Source of the DNA: Prasinococcaceae sp. CCMP 1430
Lineage: Eukaryota > Plantae > Prasinodermophyta
DNA length: 25,821 nt
NCBI GenBank assembly: GCA_013416795.1
Contig: RQSC01000015.1
Location: 9,429 to 35,249, forward strand
Direction of reading: 5' to 3'
Shown here in pieces: positions 8,661 through 18,587 of the stretch (its first letter is position 1; every line of letters begins with the position of its first letter). The position numbers were made by a program, and so were the translations under genes. Under the pieces are notes generated by a model. The model worked only from the letters and a program-made list of their open reading frames with translations. It did not search any database and was not told the DNA's origin.

Positions 8661-9137
8661 CATTGGCCCAGGCGTGCTGTGCCGCCGCGTGGCGCGAAAA
8701 CCTCCGTCCCGAAGCGGGTGAATGATCCGGAGCGCGGCGCGGGGAGGTTCGAGTGAGGAGGGGGCGTGGAGGCGCGGGCGGGCAGAGGGCAGAGGCCAGC
8801 CGGGGTGCCGACCGAGGCGGGCGTCGTCCGTTCGGCTCTGGTCGGTGTGGCGTCGACACTCGCCGTCGATCAAAGCGAGGGTGCAAAGTAGCCGTGTGCG
8901 CCGTCTGGCTGGTGGCGTGGCGCGCGGTGGCGTGCCGTGACGTGCGTTTCAATTCATTTTGGTTTTGAGTTCCCCCGCACAGACACAAACACGCGCCCAA
9001 CTCTGTCGCGCGAGCCCCTCGGGCGCGAAGCGACAGGGAGAGGGCGGGGGCGCTGCCTCACCACCAGCAGCGACACCACCGATCAGCCGACGTGCCTTGC
9101 TGCCCCCCTTCGCCTCCGAGTCCCCGCGCGGCTGTAG

Positions 9138-9721
9138 GCACCGGCGCGGGCGCTGCGCATGACGTGGCCGCGCGCGCGCGCTGGGTGGCCGCGTCGTCGC
9201 TCTGGTGCTCGATCGCCACGACGTCGGTGTGGCTCGAGGGCCGCGCCTGGGGCAACGTCCGCAGCGTGGCCGACGGTGCCACGCACGGCGAGGCCACGGG
9301 GCTGCCCGTGCTCTACCTGCCGACGCCGGACCTGACCGCCGTCGACGTGCGGGCCGACCCGCGCGTCACCATCAGCCTCAGCGAGGCGGCGCTGCCCGAG
9401 CGCGTCGCGGGCGGCCAGGTCTGCGGCGGGGCGGACCCCGAGGACCCCACCTGCGCGCGGCTGCACCTGCGCGGCTCGCTGCGCGCGCTCGACGGGGACG
9501 AGAAGGCCGACGCCGAGCGCGCCCTGGGCGCGCGCCACCCCCACGCCCCTTGGCTCGGCAAGGGCGGCGCGCACACCGGCGGCAAGTACTACACCATCGA
9601 GCTGTCCTCGATCGAGTTCCTCGACTTCTACGGGGGCTTCGCCGACCTCAGCGTCGACGAGTACCTCAAGTGGACGCCGCCGGCGGCCGGCGCCGCCGGC
9701 GCCGCGGTCGCCGCTAGGTAG
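9138..9721 (+). CDS. CREG: CREG-like protein (split-barrel, PNPOx-like fold), last exon; upstream exon not identified
   Basis: ARARWVAASSLWCSIATTS, WGNVRSVADG, TGLPVLYL, CGGADPEDPTCARLHLRG, ARHP, IEFLDFYGGFADLSVDEY. Acceptor TAG at 9135-9137. Confidence 0.85.
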
Positions 9722-10008
9722 GTAAGGGGCAAGCCAGTGAGCGAGTGGCACAGTCCAGCGCTTCTGACCGCCGCGAGGGCGTCTGCGGGAGATAAGGGGC
9801 TCTCTTATGTATCTAAGTCGTTCACAAGAATGTGTGTCTACCTCTGCCCCTTGTTGCAAGGACGTGTGCGGTGTGGCGCAGGCGCAGTGCACCGGCGGTG
9901 TCGTGCACGAGAGTGCGCGCACAGATGTGCAGGGTATCACCGCTTGAGCAGCGGCCTCTCTCAGTCTCGGACATGATCGGTCAGTCGCGCAAGTGGTTGA
10001 GCAACGAG

Positions 10009-11160
10009 TCAACTAACACAACGGGTGTCCTGTTTGCGGCGTATCGCGCGCGTCGCGCCTCCCTCGCCTCGCACGCGGCGTCCGCACCGATTTCTAGCTT
10101 TTTCGTGGGCCACGTCGACCGCGTGGTGCGACTGGCGCGCCTCGCTCCTCTCGCTCGCTCCGTGCGTGGCGTCTGCATAGACGCCAAGCGTTTGCGTGGG
10201 ACTCACTCGCATGCAGCCTGCGCGGACGCCTACGCGACGCAGAGTCGATGCGCGCGATGGAGCCCCGTCTGCGCTGTCTGCAGCGCTCGCGCCGTATACA
10301 AGCTGCAGGCATGCCGCCTGCCGTTCGTTCATCACCCAAATCATGGGCGTCGAGCGGAAGAGGCCGCACAAAGCGTTCCCCCCGTCGGCGCCCTCGTCGA
10401 TCAGGAGCCGCACGCACCCGACTCGGCCGTCTCGAAGTGCCAGCGACAAGGCAGTGTAGCCATGGGCATCTGTGGCCTCCATGTCGGCACCGGGTGCATC
10501 CAGCAGCCGCGACAGGCAGCGGGGATGTCCTCGCATCGCTGCGATCATGATTGCATTCCTGAGGAGGAGCTTGTCAGTGGCATTGGCTGTGGCCCCCCGA
10601 TCGAGAGCAAGGCCCATTAGCAGCGCGTCGCCGTGCCACACAGCTGTTCGCAGGACCTCGTCGGCGCTTGCGTACACCAGGAGCAACTCGAAGACCGCAT
10701 GGAGGAATGTTTCCGTCACTTCGCGCGCGTAGCACGCCTCGCTCGCCTCGCGGGCTACATCCCAACCGACGTTGAACCTTCTCGAGGCGCACGCGAAGGC
10801 TTCCCACGCGGCGGCGCGCTCTGTGCGGTTGCAACTGCTTCTCTCGCCTCCGTCGCTCTCGCACGGCCGAGTCGTCGGTGATTCGAGTTTTTTTTCAAGC
10901 GTCTGCAAGACCTTGAGCAACGACTGCATTGCCACGCCGAGCGTCCTCTCCAAGACGCCATTCTCGCGGCCCGCCTGGCTCGCCTCGTGCGCGGTGTGCG
11001 CATCGACGCCCGGTGTTCGCACCGTCGCGCGCGTCTCGCGCGCCGCCTCCAAGAGGGCAGCGCGTGTTCTGCTTTCACAGCCGGAGCTGCTGCCAGAATT
11101 GCTGCGGGTGCCGGCGCCCGTGCTGCTGCTGCCGCCGCCGGCACTGTTGCCCGCGGCCAT
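10009..11160 (-). CDS. Ankyrin-repeat protein (about 3 repeats at 10330-10660); 3' exon structure uncertain
   Basis: LALDRGATANATD, NAIMIAAMRGHPRCLSRLLDAPGADMEATDAHGYTALSLALRDGRVGCVRLLIDEGAD. ATG at 11160 with a Gly/Ser-rich N-terminus. Confidence 0.85.
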   Translation of the reverse strand: MAAGNSAGGGSSSTGAGTRSNSGSSSGCESRTRAALLEAARETRATVRTPGVDAHTAHEASQAGRENGVLERTLGVAMQSLLKVLQTLEKKLESPTTRPCESDGGERSSCNRTERAAAWEAFACASRRFNVGWDVAREASEACYAREVTETFLHAVFELLLVYASADEVLRTAVWHGDALLMGLALDRGATANATDKLLLRNAIMIAAMRGHPRCLSRLLDAPGADMEATDAHGYTALSLALRDGRVGCVRLLIDEGADGGNALCGLFRSTPMIWVMNERQAACLQLVYGASAADSADGAPSRASTLRRVGVRAGCMRVSPTQTLGVYADATHGASERSEARQSHHAVDVAHEKARNRCGRRVRGEGGATRAIRRKQDTRCVS

Positions 11161-11236
11161 CGTCGCCCGTCCGGCCGCGCGAGCCAGCGCTCTCGTGCGC
11201 GCCCCTGCCGCACTCCCGCGACTTGGCCGGGGGCCG

Positions 11237-11237
<1 letters not shown>

Positions 11238-11270
<33 letters not shown>
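11238..11270. repeat. Poly-G tract (33 G)
   Basis: Homopolymer run; could be a sequencing or joining artefact. Confidence 0.9.
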
Positions 11271-11273
<3 letters not shown>

Positions 11274-11411
11274 GGGGAGAGGGTCTCCTGAGCAGCGGCG
11301 TCGCAGGTCAGGGCAAAAGGACGGCACAGGCCGCCGCGCGTCGCCTGCAGCGTCAGCTTTGGCGCCTGCGCCCGGCGCGCGNGGTGCCCATCGAGGCGCG
11401 CTCGGCCGCGC

Positions 11412-11693
11412 TCACTCGTCCGCGGGCGCGTCCGCGGGCGCGTCCTCGCGCGCGACGGTGGCGTCCGCGCCGGTGGCCTTGTCGCCCGCGCCGGCGGGCG
11501 GGGCCTCCGTCTTCTTGTGCGAGAGCAGCTGCGCTTGGATCTTCTTGCGCATCGCCTCGAGCTCGGCCTTCTTGGCCGCGGCAGCCTCGCGCATCCTGCG
11601 CCGCTCCGCGAGCTTGGGATCCTCGGGAGCGGCGCGCGCCTGCGCGAGCAGCTTCTCCTGGATGCGGCGCTTCATCGCGGCGGCCTCGGCGGC
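11412..11693 (-). CDS. Small charged coiled-coil protein, terminal exon (ATG at 11675 gives 87 aa)
   Basis: MKRRIQEKLLAQARAAPEDPKLAERRRMREAAAAKKAELEAMRKKIQAQLL..., extreme GC3, acceptor CAG at 11696-11694 preceded by C/A-rich intron-like DNA. Confidence 0.6.
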   Translation of the reverse strand, partial: AAEAAAMKRRIQEKLLAQARAAPEDPKLAERRRMREAAAAKKAELEAMRKKIQAQLLSHKKTEAPPAGAGDKATGADATVAREDAPADAPADE

Positions 11694-12103
11694 CTGTGGA
11701 GCGAGCGCGCGCGCGAAAGTGGTCGTTTTTTGTTTGTTTGTTTTTGGTATGTGGGTGAGGTGGGGTGGGGTAGAGGTGGGGGGGCGCGGCGAGCCGCGGT
11801 TAGCGACGCAGGGGGTGGGAACGGGGGGTGGGGTTAAGGGAAGAAAGGGGAGTGCGGGGGAGGGAGCGGGCCACGTCGTGAGCGCGAGGCGTTTGGACCG
11901 GTCGGCAGTCGGCAGTCGGGCGGGCGGTGGCCAGCCGCGCGTGGCGCCAGCCTGCCCGAGACACAGGCGGGGCTGGCGCGCGTCCGAGGCCGCACGAATC
12001 CTGCGATCGACCCGACGCGCACCCACACACACGGTAGGCGTGCCGCGGAGCGACCGCGGCCCAGAGCCGCGCGCAATCGCTGCCACTCAGGGCGTTGCGC
12101 GCG

Positions 12104-14623
12104 ATGGAAATGTACCATCGAAGCACTGGGGTGCGGACCAGCTCGAACGGGGCCGACGCAGCGCGACCGCCTGCAGCGGAAGCGGGGGCAAGAGTGGCAA
12201 GGGCAAGCGGTGGCCGTGCCCGGCGGCGAGCTGTTCCTCGGAGGGGCGACGGTCTACTCTGCTCTGGCCGGCGCATCGGATGCGCGGCAGTCGCGTGCGT
12301 GTTTCCTCTGGCGGCGCCCCTGGCCATCCCGACGCTCGCCTCGAGGACCGGGAGCGCGCGGCGGCCTCTCCATGCGACGAGCCGCGCGGGCGTGCAGGCG
12401 GCCATGCCCTCCCAGTGCGCACCTCTCACTCTCGGCGACCACTCGCTGGTCTTCTGCAATGGCGAAGCGTATGCCGACGAGCACGGCTTGGACAAGCAGC
12501 GGCTCTCGGTGGCCGCGCTCAGCACCGCAGAGGACGAGTCCGAGATCGGCGGCGAGATGCTCGTGTCTGCTCCTGACGGTGCCAGGGCTGAGGAAATGTG
12601 CCTGTGGAGCAAGGAGGGGAGCACCGACGGGTCCAACCCGACTGCGCACGACCGTCCAACCTGCCGCGATGTCGTGGCTGGCGAGGTGTACAACGGCGTC
12701 GTGCTGTGGGTCGACAACAAGCACCAGCTGTCGCACTTCGTTGCCACCTTCGGACACCACATGTCCATTCTGGAGATGAGCGTGTCGGTGGCCACCGCGG
12801 AGGCTGCCGTGCCACCCGGATACGTCGCGTTGCCCGTGGCCGCCGGCGCCGTGGGGATTGACCGCGTGGACCAGCGCGGACCCGAGCTTGACGGCCAGGT
12901 GACCATTCCAGCGCACGGTGGCGACGGCGTTGTCATCTTTAACATCGACACGGGGATCGACTGCAGCCATCCCGAGTTTCTCAACGCCGAGGGGACAGCA
13001 TCGCGCTGCAAGGCCGCGTTCGACCGCTTCGCGAATACTGACTGCATCAACAACGGCGGCAGCCATCCGTGCACCAGTGCGCTCGCCTATGCATGCGCGG
13101 AGGGTGAGAGCGGACAACAGTGCGCGTTCGATGATCACGCAGAGGGGCACGGGACCGCCACGGCCGCCAACGCGATTGGCCGCACCTTCGGCGTTGCACG
13201 CAACGCCGACGTGCGCGCAGTCAAGGTCTTCACCGGAGCCAAAGGCCTCGGCACGGTCCAGGATGTGCTCACCGGCATGAACTACGTCGCCGCGATGAGG
13301 CTGCTTGACCCCAATACGCCATTCATTGCCGCAATGAGTTTGAGCGCGGACCACAAATCGGTCGCGCTGAACGAGGGTGTCGAGAAGCTCACGAAGTTGA
13401 ATGTGACGGTACGCTAGAGCCGCCCCCGGCCTCCCAGCCCCTCCCCCTCCGGGATACGCGCGTAGCCACAATAGGCTTGCTATCTGGTGGCTAGCGTGTG
13501 CATTCGCTCGGGTGCTCGCTTGCTCGCTCGCTACAGTGCTGAGAGCGCTTCTTTGCCGCCACGCGCCCTGACACCTCGCAATAGACGGCGGTACCCTCAG
13601 GAAATCACAATCTGTCGAACGCCTGCAATTTTTCGCCGGGGTCCTCCCCGGCAGGCATCACGGTGTCGTCCATAGATGCATTCACGGACCGCGTGAGTGA
13701 CTTCGCAAACGTGGGCGACTGCGTGACCCTCTTCGCTGTGGGTGCTGCCGTCGCGTCCGCGCAGCCCGGCGGCGGCAGCACGAAGCTGTCTGGGACATCC
13801 TTTGCAGTGCCTGTCGTGGTGGGCATTGTGGCGCTGTACTTAGGCGAGTTCGTGGCCGCAGGTGCGCCTGTACCCGACCCGGCACGGGTGAAAGCCGACA
13901 TGATACTGGCGGCAACTGACGGCGCCATCCCGGACCCAATGGGCTCTCCTAACAAAGTCGCGTACGCCGTCTTCGCACAAACGGGGGTCACCTTGCCGCC
14001 AGACTCCGCCAGTGGGGGAGCGCCGCCTATGCACACGCCGCAGCCGTCCACCTCACAGCCGCAGCTCGCGCCGATCGCTCTCCCGACAACGGACGAGTCC
14101 TACCGTTGCACGCAATCCGACTGCAACGACAGCACGGCGCACAAGTGGGGCACGAACTTTGATCGCAGCTGGAAGTTGTGCTACTGCGACTACCAATGCC
14201 TCGTTCACCTTGATTGCTGCGAAAACAGGGAGGCCATCTGTGGCGCCCAGCCTGAGGGCTTCGAAGAGGAAGATGACGGCGGCGGTGGCACCGTGATCGA
14301 CGGCGACCAACCGTCTGCACATGGGACTTGCGCGACGCTGGGGAGTTGCGGCGAGGTGGTGACGAAGCAAGGCGGCGAACAGTGCGGATGTGCGTGCGTG
14401 TGTTGCCTCCCGCGCCCGGATGCGAGTGCCGCCCCTGGCCCCTCCGTGCCCCTTTTCGAGCTCCAAGCGAGCGCGCAAGCGCTGACACTCTGCGGAACAC
14501 CCGCCGCGCCCTCACGCCTATCATCATATCCGGTGCATTGCAGGCGACACCCTATGTGTTGCTTATGACGACTGCTGCGAGGACTTTTGGTCGTACTGTG
14601 AGTCCTCAGACATCGCCCCGTGA
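12104..14623 (+). CDS. Proteinase K-type subtilase (S8A) with two C-terminal somatomedin-B-like domains; exons 12104-13408, 13585-14389, 14544-14623
   Basis: GIDRVDQR, catalytic D (NIDTGID), H (EGHGTATA), oxyanion N (SGN) and S (SGTSFAVP). Introns 13409-13584 and 14390-14543 restore frame. SMB patterns CYCDYQCLVHLDCC and CG|CDTLCVAYDDCCEDF. Start codon is tentative. Confidence 0.92.
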
Positions 14624-14846
14624 CGCCGTTGTGCGAGATGTCGGATGGAACGCTGGCTGGCAGCTCTACGGCACGAACGCATTCTGCAGCAGTGCCATTG
14701 CACCTCTGACTGTTGGGGTCACAACGATTGCTGGACAGGTAAGCGAGGAGGCCGCGGCGCTGCTACGTCAGCGCACTGCTCTCGAGGAGCGCCAAAGAAG
14801 GTAACTCAGGGAGCGCTTGTTTCGAGGAGGCCGCGTGCGCCCCTGC

Positions 14847-14851
14847 TGTAA
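14847..14851 (+). promoter_or_regulatory. Possible TGTAA polyadenylation signal of the subtilase gene
   Basis: TGTAA is the known chlorophyte poly(A) signal; this copy is about 225 nt after the stop. A 5-mer is weak evidence. Confidence 0.3.
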
Positions 14852-14990
14852 TTCTCTCGCACTGTGCAGTGCAGGGTCCAGGTTGGGGGTTGCGCGTGCA
14901 CGCGTGCGTGCGCATATGCGTGACACTGCGTGTCCATGTCTGTATTTTAGTATCGGCACGGCGCCGTAGTGGGCACTGTCTCTAACGAAG

Positions 14991-15905
14991 TCACGATCTT
15001 GCCGACGACGCGCCCGTCGCGGGCACTACGCTCTGGGCAGTCACTTGGTAGTGGTACGATGCGGGTGTGCCGCCGGTGTGCACGAACAAGAGCCTATGCT
15101 GATTGTCATACTTCCGCGACCTTGCAAGTGCAAGAAAACATGCTGCGGCCTTGCCCGTGTAGACGGGATCTAGGAGTACGGATTCGTGACGCGCAAACAA
15201 CTCTGTGGCGCGGCTTGAAACCTCTGTCGGAATGCTGTAGCCCTCGCCAACGAAATCTTCATCGACGATGACGTCATCACGCCCAACGAGGGGTGGTCGC
15301 GACGCCGATGCAAAACCTGGGCCATTCGTGGTGGCGGCAAATTTGCGAAAGTGCGCGTCTTCGAGCGCATGGCACTTCGCGAGGATGAGGTCGGCCTTCG
15401 TTTCGTACGGAGCCTGAAATGGCGGGGAGATGTCGCAGCTGACGCCAATCACGGGCGTGGTATCGCCGGCGGCACGAAGGCCCGTAAGCAGCCCGGCGTG
15501 CGTGCCACCTGTGCCACAGCACATGACAATGGCGGCGAATGCATTGAGGCCGTGGCTCTCTATGACCTCGAGCGCGATTCGGCAGCAGCCCAGCGCTCCC
15601 AAGTCGGTGCTCGCGCCTGGCGGGAGCGGGTATGGTCTGCGGCCACGCCTCTCGAGGTCACCACAGAGTGTCCGTAAGGTTTCTTCGGCGTCGGCACCGG
15701 GCTCCACTTGCTTGATAGTGTCAGCACCGAGCAATTTGATGAGATAGTTGTTGCCACCTGCATCCGCTGCGTACGAGTTCGGCACTGCAGACTCGTCGAT
15801 CACAAGATGGCAATTCATGCCCTCGAGCTTGGCCGCAGCAAGCGCGAGGCGGCAGCAGTTGGACTGCGGGGGGCCAGTCGCAGCCTGCCGTTGTTGGTCG
15901 CGCAC
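14991..15905 (-). CDS. dcyD: D-cysteine desulfhydrase (DcyD/ACC deaminase family), 5'-incomplete
   Basis: QSNCCR, GGNNYLIKLLGA, GASTDLGALG, CGTGGTHAGL, GEGYSIPT, LLDPVYTGKA, FVHTGG. YTGK rather than YEGK indicates the desulfhydrase type. The N-terminal PLP-lysine segment is not found. Confidence 0.88.
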   Translation of the reverse strand: MRDQQRQAATGPPQSNCCRLALAAAKLEGMNCHLVIDESAVPNSYAADAGGNNYLIKLLGADTIKQVEPGADAEETLRTLCGDLERRGRRPYPLPPGASTDLGALGCCRIALEVIESHGLNAFAAIVMCCGTGGTHAGLLTGLRAAGDTTPVIGVSCDISPPFQAPYETKADLILAKCHALEDAHFRKFAATTNGPGFASASRPPLVGRDDVIVDEDFVGEGYSIPTEVSSRATELFARHESVLLDPVYTGKAAACFLALARSRKYDNQHRLLFVHTGGTPASYHYQVTAQSVVPATGASSARS

Positions 15906-16124
15906 GCCGCATTGATTGAGACCAGGCGATGTCCGTCAGTCGACTATCACAAACCCACAAAGTGTGAAAAAATTGCGTGGGACTGCAATACCATTGACGC
16001 ATCGAGCAAAGGCACTCGCGCCGTTCTCGTATCGGCCAAGGATGCCGCAGGGAGCACACACTATGCATGCGCGCGCGCGCGAATGCATACACGTAGCGTA
16101 CAAACACGACTAGCACACAGGCAA

Positions 16125-17354
16125 CTACAAGCAATGCACAGACACGTCCGTCCATAGCGTCCGATGCATCTGGTAGCGGCCCTCGGTCACCTCAAGGTCT
16201 TCAGTCACGAAGAGGCCGTCGTCGCTGTCCTCCCTTGTCTTAAGGTCGGCCAAGGTTTTGGCGCAGCCAACGTGGATCTCCGGAGAGCCGTCGGACTCCT
16301 CGACGGCCACGTCGGGGTGGACGGTCAGCGCCGTCGCGACCAGGGCGTCGCACTGGCCTCCACTGCCGCATGCGGCGTCGCACGACAGCGTCACGTTCTT
16401 GGGCGCGAGGCGCGTGAGCGTGAAGGTGGCTTCGACGCTCCCCGCAGATTCCGAGTACCTGGTCGTGCCCACGTGACCTGCGGACGCAGGGGGGGGCTCG
16501 ATGAAGATCTCGCCGAGCATATCGTCGAAGAACACGTCGCGCTCGGTGAAGGTGCACTTGATCTTGTCCGACCCCTCGAGCGGGAGGTATGCGTCAGTGA
16601 CGATGTCCGCATTCCCCTCATACAGCACGCCGACGTGGTCGACGCCTGGGAGTGCCGTGGTCTTGTGAGACCCGTCGCTTCCCGTGCAGGTCACTTCGAC
16701 CTCATGGGCGCCCGCCCATGTGGGCTCGCTGCTCATGGTGACCTTGATCGTGTCCAGGGTGAGCTTGTATATCCAGTCGATCGTGAAATAGTACCACGTA
16801 CCTGTCTCGCCAGCTCCGTCGACGGGGGGGTCAGGTGCCGGTCCGTCGATGGGCACGAGTGCCGGACCGTCGGTGGGCACGGGTGCCGGACCGTCGGTGG
16901 GAAGAGGGCCTGGCGAGGACCCGCCGCTCGCGTAGCACTCCGACTGGCTGATGCCGCCAGGGGCTAAAATGCCCGGCGTCCCGGGCTTCTTGACGCAGTC
17001 GCAGAAGCTCTCGAAGAGGAAGTTTGCCAGCGCGGGGTTGGTGACGTCGCAGTACCCAGTCGTGGACCCGAGGCCCTGGCAAGTCTTGATCCTGTGCACG
17101 TCGGCGATGCACTCGCAGGCAGAGACGCAGTCGCCGTCGTCCATGCACTTGTCGTCGGCGCTCCCGGACCCGCCGCGGCAGGGCATTCCCCCTCGCACAG
17201 CCTGCGCACCATGCGCCCTCGGCAGCGCGCAGACGAGGAGCGCCACACGCGCGAGCTTGAGGAGCAGACTCTGCGCGGGCTCTGCACTGGCCGCGGCGTC
17301 TGGGTGCGCAGCGCGCATTGCTCCTCCTCGGCGCACGGAGCGCCGCGCGACCAT
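16125..17354 (-). CDS. Secreted or membrane-anchored protein: signal-like segment, Cys-rich domain, Pro/Thr linker, C2-like beta domain, Cys-containing C-terminus
   Basis: Long stop-free frame from ATG 17354 with LLLKLARVALLVCALPRAHG, a Cys-rich block, (TDGPAPVP)3 and TERDVFFDDMLGEIFI. The 3' end could be spliced. Confidence 0.75.
   Translation of the reverse strand: MVARRSVRRGGAMRAAHPDAAASAEPAQSLLLKLARVALLVCALPRAHGAQAVRGGMPCRGGSGSADDKCMDDGDCVSACECIADVHRIKTCQGLGSTTGYCDVTNPALANFLFESFCDCVKKPGTPGILAPGGISQSECYASGGSSPGPLPTDGPAPVPTDGPALVPIDGPAPDPPVDGAGETGTWYYFTIDWIYKLTLDTIKVTMSSEPTWAGAHEVEVTCTGSDGSHKTTALPGVDHVGVLYEGNADIVTDAYLPLEGSDKIKCTFTERDVFFDDMLGEIFIEPPPASAGHVGTTRYSESAGSVEATFTLTRLAPKNVTLSCDAACGSGGQCDALVATALTVHPDVAVEESDGSPEIHVGCAKTLADLKTREDSDDGLFVTEDLEVTEGRYQMHRTLWTDVSVHCL
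16826..16900 (-). repeat. Three 24-nt coding tandem repeats (P-T/I-D-G-P-A-x-x)
   Basis: gtgccggaccgtcggtgggcacgg-like unit repeated on the + strand. Confidence 0.85.
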
Positions 17355-17530
17355 GCCAGAAGCGACCAGGGGCGTCGCGCGCGTCCCGGCAGAGACCAAC
17401 GCTCGCGCGCAGCGCGCACGTACGACTCGCACTTGGCGCGCGCGCGACTGCGGCGGGTGGCCTGGACGGTGGCAAGTGACGCCGCACGGGCGCAGCGTGT
17501 GGCGCTCGGCACGCGCGCGCCGCGCGCGCG

Positions 17531-18422
17531 NNNNNNNNNNNNNNNNNNNNNNNNNNNNNNNNNNNNNNNNNNNNNNNNNNNNNNNNNNNNNNNNNNNNNN
17601 NNNNNNNNNNNNNNNNNNNNNNNNNNNNNNNNNNNNNNNNNNNNNNNNNNNNNNNNNNNNNNNNNNNNNNNNNNNNNNNNNNNNNNNNNNNNNNNNNNNN
17701 NNNNNNNNNNNNNNNNNNNNNNNNNNNNNNNNNNNNNNNNNNNNNNNNNNNNNNNNNNNNNNNNNNNNNNNNNNNNNNNNNNNNNNNNNNNNNNNNNNNN
17801 NNNNNNNNNNNNNNNNNNNNNNNNNNNNNNNNNNNNNNNNNNNNNNNNNNNNNNNNNNNNNNNNNNNNNNNNNNNNNNNNNNNNNNNNNNNNNNNNNNNN
17901 NNNNNNNNNNNNNNNNNNNNNNNNNNNNNNNNNNNNNNNNNNNNNNNNNNNNNNNNNNNNNNNNNNNNNNNNNNNNNNNNNNNNNNNNNNNNNNNNNNNN
18001 NNNNNNNNNNNNNNNNNNNNNNNNNNNNNNNNNNNNNNNNNNNNNNNNNNNNNNNNNNNNNNNNNGACGCCGGCGCGGCGCCGGCGCGGCGCGGCGCAGA
18101 GCGGAAGCTGCGCTTGGAAGCGGCAGCGGAAGCTGCCATTTGCGCACCGCATGTGCACCTGGCGTATTAAAATGTGCTTTCGACAAATGGAGAGGTGTGG
18201 CGGGCGTGTGCTGGCGCGGGAAAAAAAAAAAGGACGCGCGGAAGCCCACCCGACGACGGCGGCGAAGTACCGACGCGGCGGCGGGGGGGCGGGGGCGGGN
18301 NNNNNNNNNNNNNNNNNNNNNNNNNNNNNNNNNNNNNNNNNNNNNNNNNNNNNNNNNNNNNNNNNNNNNNNNNNNNNNNNNNNNNNNNNNNNNNNNNNNN
18401 NNNNNNNNNNNNNNNNNNNNNN
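17531..18422. other. Two assembly gaps (17531-18065 and 18300-18422)
   Basis: N runs flanked by (CG)n and G-rich DNA. Confidence 1.
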
Positions 18423-18587
18423 CCCGCCCGCGCGAGCGCGCACTGCCCGCCGGTGACGACGGCCCCACGACGATCGGGGCCACGGCCGTCCGCTCGTGGA
18501 GGGGCGGGAGCGGGGGGTGGAGGAGGGGAGGGACGGGGGGTGGGGGTTGGGGTGGGGGCGACGCATCGGCACACACACGCGGAGCGA

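Noticed and set aside
9719-9976. CREG frame stays open about 84 codons past its TAG
   Set aside because: CREG homology is complete before the stop, the extension looks UTR-like, and such open stretches are common at this GC content.
11238-11382. Poly-G tract and single N as a functional element
   Set aside because: More likely a sequencing or scaffolding artefact; it cannot be judged without reads.
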